From Candidatus Methanophagaceae archaeon (GTDB taxonomy: Archaea; Halobacteriota; Syntropharchaeia; Alkanophagales; Methanospirareceae), in NCBI GenBank assembly GCA_003194425.1, contig PQXB01000001.1, positions 580,444-612,443 on the forward strand: a DNA stretch of 32,000 nt, in the 5' to 3' direction. Shown here piece by piece: positions 29,635-32,000 of the stretch; the stretch's first letter is position 1, and every line of letters starts with the position of its first letter. Made by a program: the position numbers and the translations under genes. The notes beneath the pieces are model-generated. The model did no database searches, was not told the DNA's origin, and was given only the letters and a program-made list of their open reading frames with translations.

Positions 29635-32000
29635 CTAATCTTTTCTCACTCTTAAGAGAGCCGCTGCAAGCACCACGCTCAACACCCCAACCAACCCGAG
29701 CAAGCCGAAGAGGTTGAACTCCGGCACCGGTAGTGGTGGGCTACCCGGACCTCCCGGATCTACGATTACCCCGTTTGCTGTGCCGTCGCTGTCTCCCAAC
29801 CCGCCGTCTACGAGCCTTATCTTTATCTCATCGTCGCCGTCGTCGCCGCTTCCGTCTACCACCGGTATTTGAACCCACCCGCCCTCTGCAGCGTGGTATT
29901 TCCAGTACTGCGTCCCTACGGGAGCGTCGCTCGGCAGTGTAATCGTAACCGCTACTGTTTGACCCGGTGTGAGCCCGGTTACGTTGAGCGAGAAGAATCC
30001 GTGCTTGAAGTCAAGGTTTGGCTTGCCTTCTTCCGGTAACTGCGCCTCTTCTACCGCTTCTAAATCCTCTATTCTACCGTCGGCAACCTCGAAATATGCC
30101 GTGCCAGAGCCTGTGGCTGTTTCCACTGCCTCCTCTCGCGGCACCGTACTCACTCTCGCTGCACCCTCCGCAAAGACGGACTCCCCGCAGAACTCACCAC
30201 TAACATTCGCAGTGTTTCTGTCCTCGCCTTCTTCTACTACTGTCGCGTTAAACTCGATGCTCAGGTTCTCGCAGTATTTTAGCTCAAGCGGCGGGAACGA
30301 CCACCTACATTCTTTCCCCACCACGGTTGGCTCCACCGCTGCTACTGTTCCGTTTGGATACCGAACCGTTGCGTCGCCTGCCTCGTAGGTCAGGCTCTCC
30401 GAGAGAATGTCCTTTACCAGAATATTGGAGAGGTTGCAGGTCTCGTTCTCGTAGCGGTTGTGCAGCCAAATTCTGAACCGCACGGTCTCGTTGACACGAA
30501 CAGTGCTCTCGCTCGCCCATTCCACGCTCGTCTCGTTGAAGACTGTTTTGGTTACTTCTATTCTTGGCTTTGTCGGCGGCGGTCCCGGGGCGTCTATTCT
30601 TAAATTCGTGCTGTCTGTCCCCGTTAATCCGTCGTTGTCCATTACTTTAAGAGAGACAACGCCGGAATACGCAGCGTCCCAAGTCTTCGACGGCTTCGCA
30701 CCAACAGCGTCGTCAAACTCGCCGTCGTCGTCAAAGTCCCATTTATAACTTTCTATCCTCCCGTCCGCGTCGTAAGAACCCGTGCCGTCAAAAACTACTG
30801 GAACTCCGACAACACCTGTGTAGGGTCCGTTTGCGTCTGCTACTGGCGGCTCCCCCGAGCCGGCCTCAGCGTCAAAATACTCCGCTCCCGAGACAAGCGC
30901 CGTCAAACCGCTCCCGTTTAAATCCGCGTAAAACCCGTAAACCACCGCGTGCACTCCGCTCGTGCCGGTCAAAAGCGTCCTGCTCACTTCTATTTCTGTC
31001 TCGCCTGCTCGCAGCGACTCGTTCTGCTCAAATTCGTCCAGTAACTCGTCCTCAGCGTTGTAAATCTCTGTCCTCAACCGCCCGCCGCTGCCCCCTGAAA
31101 CATTCCGGTTTGACTCTATTTTCAACTTCAGCTCCAAATCCTCCCCTGAAATATATTCTTCCTTATCCAAACTCACTTCCAAAATCCGCGCAGAAAAGCC
31201 GACGACGTCAAAGGGGTGCGCAGAAGAGTAGTTCCCGAACGCGTAGTCAACATAGTAAGTCCCGGACCGCAGTTCGGCGGGCAGCGTGAATTCCAGCGTC
31301 CTCGGACCGTTAACGGTGTCGTTGAAGGTGTAGCCCGGCGCCGTCAGGTTCAACTCGTCTGTCCTCGTAACATCCACTATTTCTATCTTCACATTCTCGC
31401 CCATTTTGTAAACATCCTTCTCCGTGTACAACCGCAACGGAACCCCCGCCTTCTTCTCGTAGACATAAATTGAGTTGAGGTAAAGCGCCCTGCCAGAGTC
31501 GGTGTAGACGGAGTAGAGCATTTTATTGTCGCCCGTGAAGTTAGCAGGCACATTAAAAGTCAGCGTTTTAGACGCAAAACCGGTTAGGTTGAACCCAGTC
31601 GTGTTCTCGTACTCCCCGAACTTCACCCTCGAATACAAACTCAAATCCATATTCCTGTTGTTCTTCACATCCAGTCTCAGCACCGCCACCTCGCCTTCTT
31701 CGTACAACTTCTTGTCCAGCGACGCGTTAACCGAAATGTTCGCACCCTGCACCAAGTAAACGAACTCTCCTCGCTCTCCTCCGCCGTCCAACAACTCGTA
31801 AATCCCCTTGTACCGCTTCTCCTCCAAGTCGTCGGGAATTGTAAAGTTGAAGCTGACATTCTCCTCCGCGCCCGCTCTCACCCAAGTCCTGTTCGTCTCC
31901 TCAAAGTCCGCGACCGAGAGTTTTAACTCCGCCTCGCCTTCCGAACCGCCCTCGTTCTTTACGCAGAAGACGAGTGTAACATTCTCGCCGAGAGTGAAAT
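29635..32000 (-). CDS. Large cell-surface protein (CARDB/Ig-like repeats, PKD domain, DUF11-like domain) with C-terminal PEF-CTERM-type anchor; 5' end beyond the right edge
   Basis: The frame is open to position 32000 (my translation upstream of 31881 is FTLGENVTLVFCVKNEGGSEGEAELKLSVADFEETNRTWV...), so the M at 31881 is not the start. The PKD domain reads ANGPYTG..GVPVVFDGTGSYDADG.IESYKWDFDDDG. The DUF11-like region reads IEVTKTV...VRFRIWLHN...ILVKDILSESLTYEAGDA. Many N-x-S/T sequons are present. The C-terminus is DPGGPGSPPLPVPEFNLFGLLGLVGVLSVVLAAALLRVRKD. Confidence 0.85.
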   Translation of the reverse strand, partial: FTLGENVTLVFCVKNEGGSEGEAELKLSVADFEETNRTWVRAGAEENVSFNFTIPDDLEEKRYKGIYELLDGGGERGEFVYLVQGANISVNASLDKKLYEEGEVAVLRLDVKNNRNMDLSLYSRVKFGEYENTTGFNLTGFASKTLTFNVPANFTGDNKMLYSVYTDSGRALYLNSIYVYEKKAGVPLRLYTEKDVYKMGENVKIEIVDVTRTDELNLTAPGYTFNDTVNGPRTLEFTLPAELRSGTYYVDYAFGNYSSAHPFDVVGFSARILEVSLDKEEYISGEDLELKLKIESNRNVSGGSGGRLRTEIYNAEDELLDEFEQNESLRAGETEIEVSRTLLTGTSGVHAVVYGFYADLNGSGLTALVSGAEYFDAEAGSGEPPVADANGPYTGVVGVPVVFDGTGSYDADGRIESYKWDFDDDGEFDDAVGAKPSKTWDAAYSGVVSLKVMDNDGLTGTDSTNLRIDAPGPPPTKPRIEVTKTVFNETSVEWASESTVRVNETVRFRIWLHNRYENETCNLSNILVKDILSESLTYEAGDATVRYPNGTVAAVEPTVVGKECRWSFPPLELKYCENLSIEFNATVVEEGEDRNTANVSGEFCGESVFAEGAARVSTVPREEAVETATGSGTAYFEVADGRIEDLEAVEEAQLPEEGKPNLDFKHGFFSLNVTGLTPGQTVAVTITLPSDAPVGTQYWKYHAAEGGWVQIPVVDGSGDDGDDEIKIRLVDGGLGDSDGTANGVIVDPGGPGSPPLPVPEFNLFGLLGLVGVLSVVLAAALLRVRKD

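Overview
This is an archaeal chromosomal segment. The evidence is ribosomal protein S3Ae/eS1, cofE (F420), a COG1900+CBS homocysteine-biosynthesis protein, a FlaI/FlaJ-type secretion pair, archaeosortase-type C-terminal sorting signals and BRE/TATA-like promoters. The cofactor genes suggest a methanogen, ANME or Archaeoglobus-like euryarchaeon, but I cannot assign a taxon from sequence alone.

I support about 25 protein genes, most on the minus strand, and one tRNA-Gly(GCC). In order they are:
- pstC (partial), a metallophosphoesterase, and pstS
- cofE, a Trm112-like protein, cobA, a CrtI-like FAD oxidoreductase, and a Na+/Ca2+ exchanger
- a frameshifted FlaI/VirB11-type ATPase plus a FlaJ/TadC-like platform protein
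- the COG1900-CBS protein
- a secreted papain-like protease with PKD and dockerin modules
- argG
- a 1332-aa membrane-anchored beta-helix / CbiX-like / FmdE-like fusion protein
- a VapBC module plus a broken second antitoxin
- two tandem FtsX/MacB-type permease paralogs
- a hypothetical protein, tRNA-Gly, a beta-CASP RNase, S3Ae, purQ, a TauE/SafE permease and a flavodoxin
- a large PEF-CTERM surface protein (partial)

I found no CRISPR array, transposase, integrase, rRNA or recognisable defence operon.

The most striking property is window-wide. Short perfect tandem duplications with units of 6 to 32 nt are everywhere. Inside coding regions nearly every unit is a multiple of 3 and adds low-complexity E/G/K/R/A/S/T peptides to 14 of the 25 proteins, housekeeping enzymes included. 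Units that are not multiples of 3 (8, 13, 14, 17, 20, 31 nt) occur only in intergenic DNA, at stop codons or upstream of starts, or in genes that look broken.

Other items worth a second look:
- the predicted extracellular chelatase-like fusion protein
- a 1-nt frameshift just before the Walker A motif of the secretion ATPase
- the dockerin protease with an uncharacterised Cys-rich triple repeat
- two different archaeosortase signals (PGF-CTERM and PEF-CTERM) in one window

All calls rest on my own reading of the ORF track and sequence. No database search was run.
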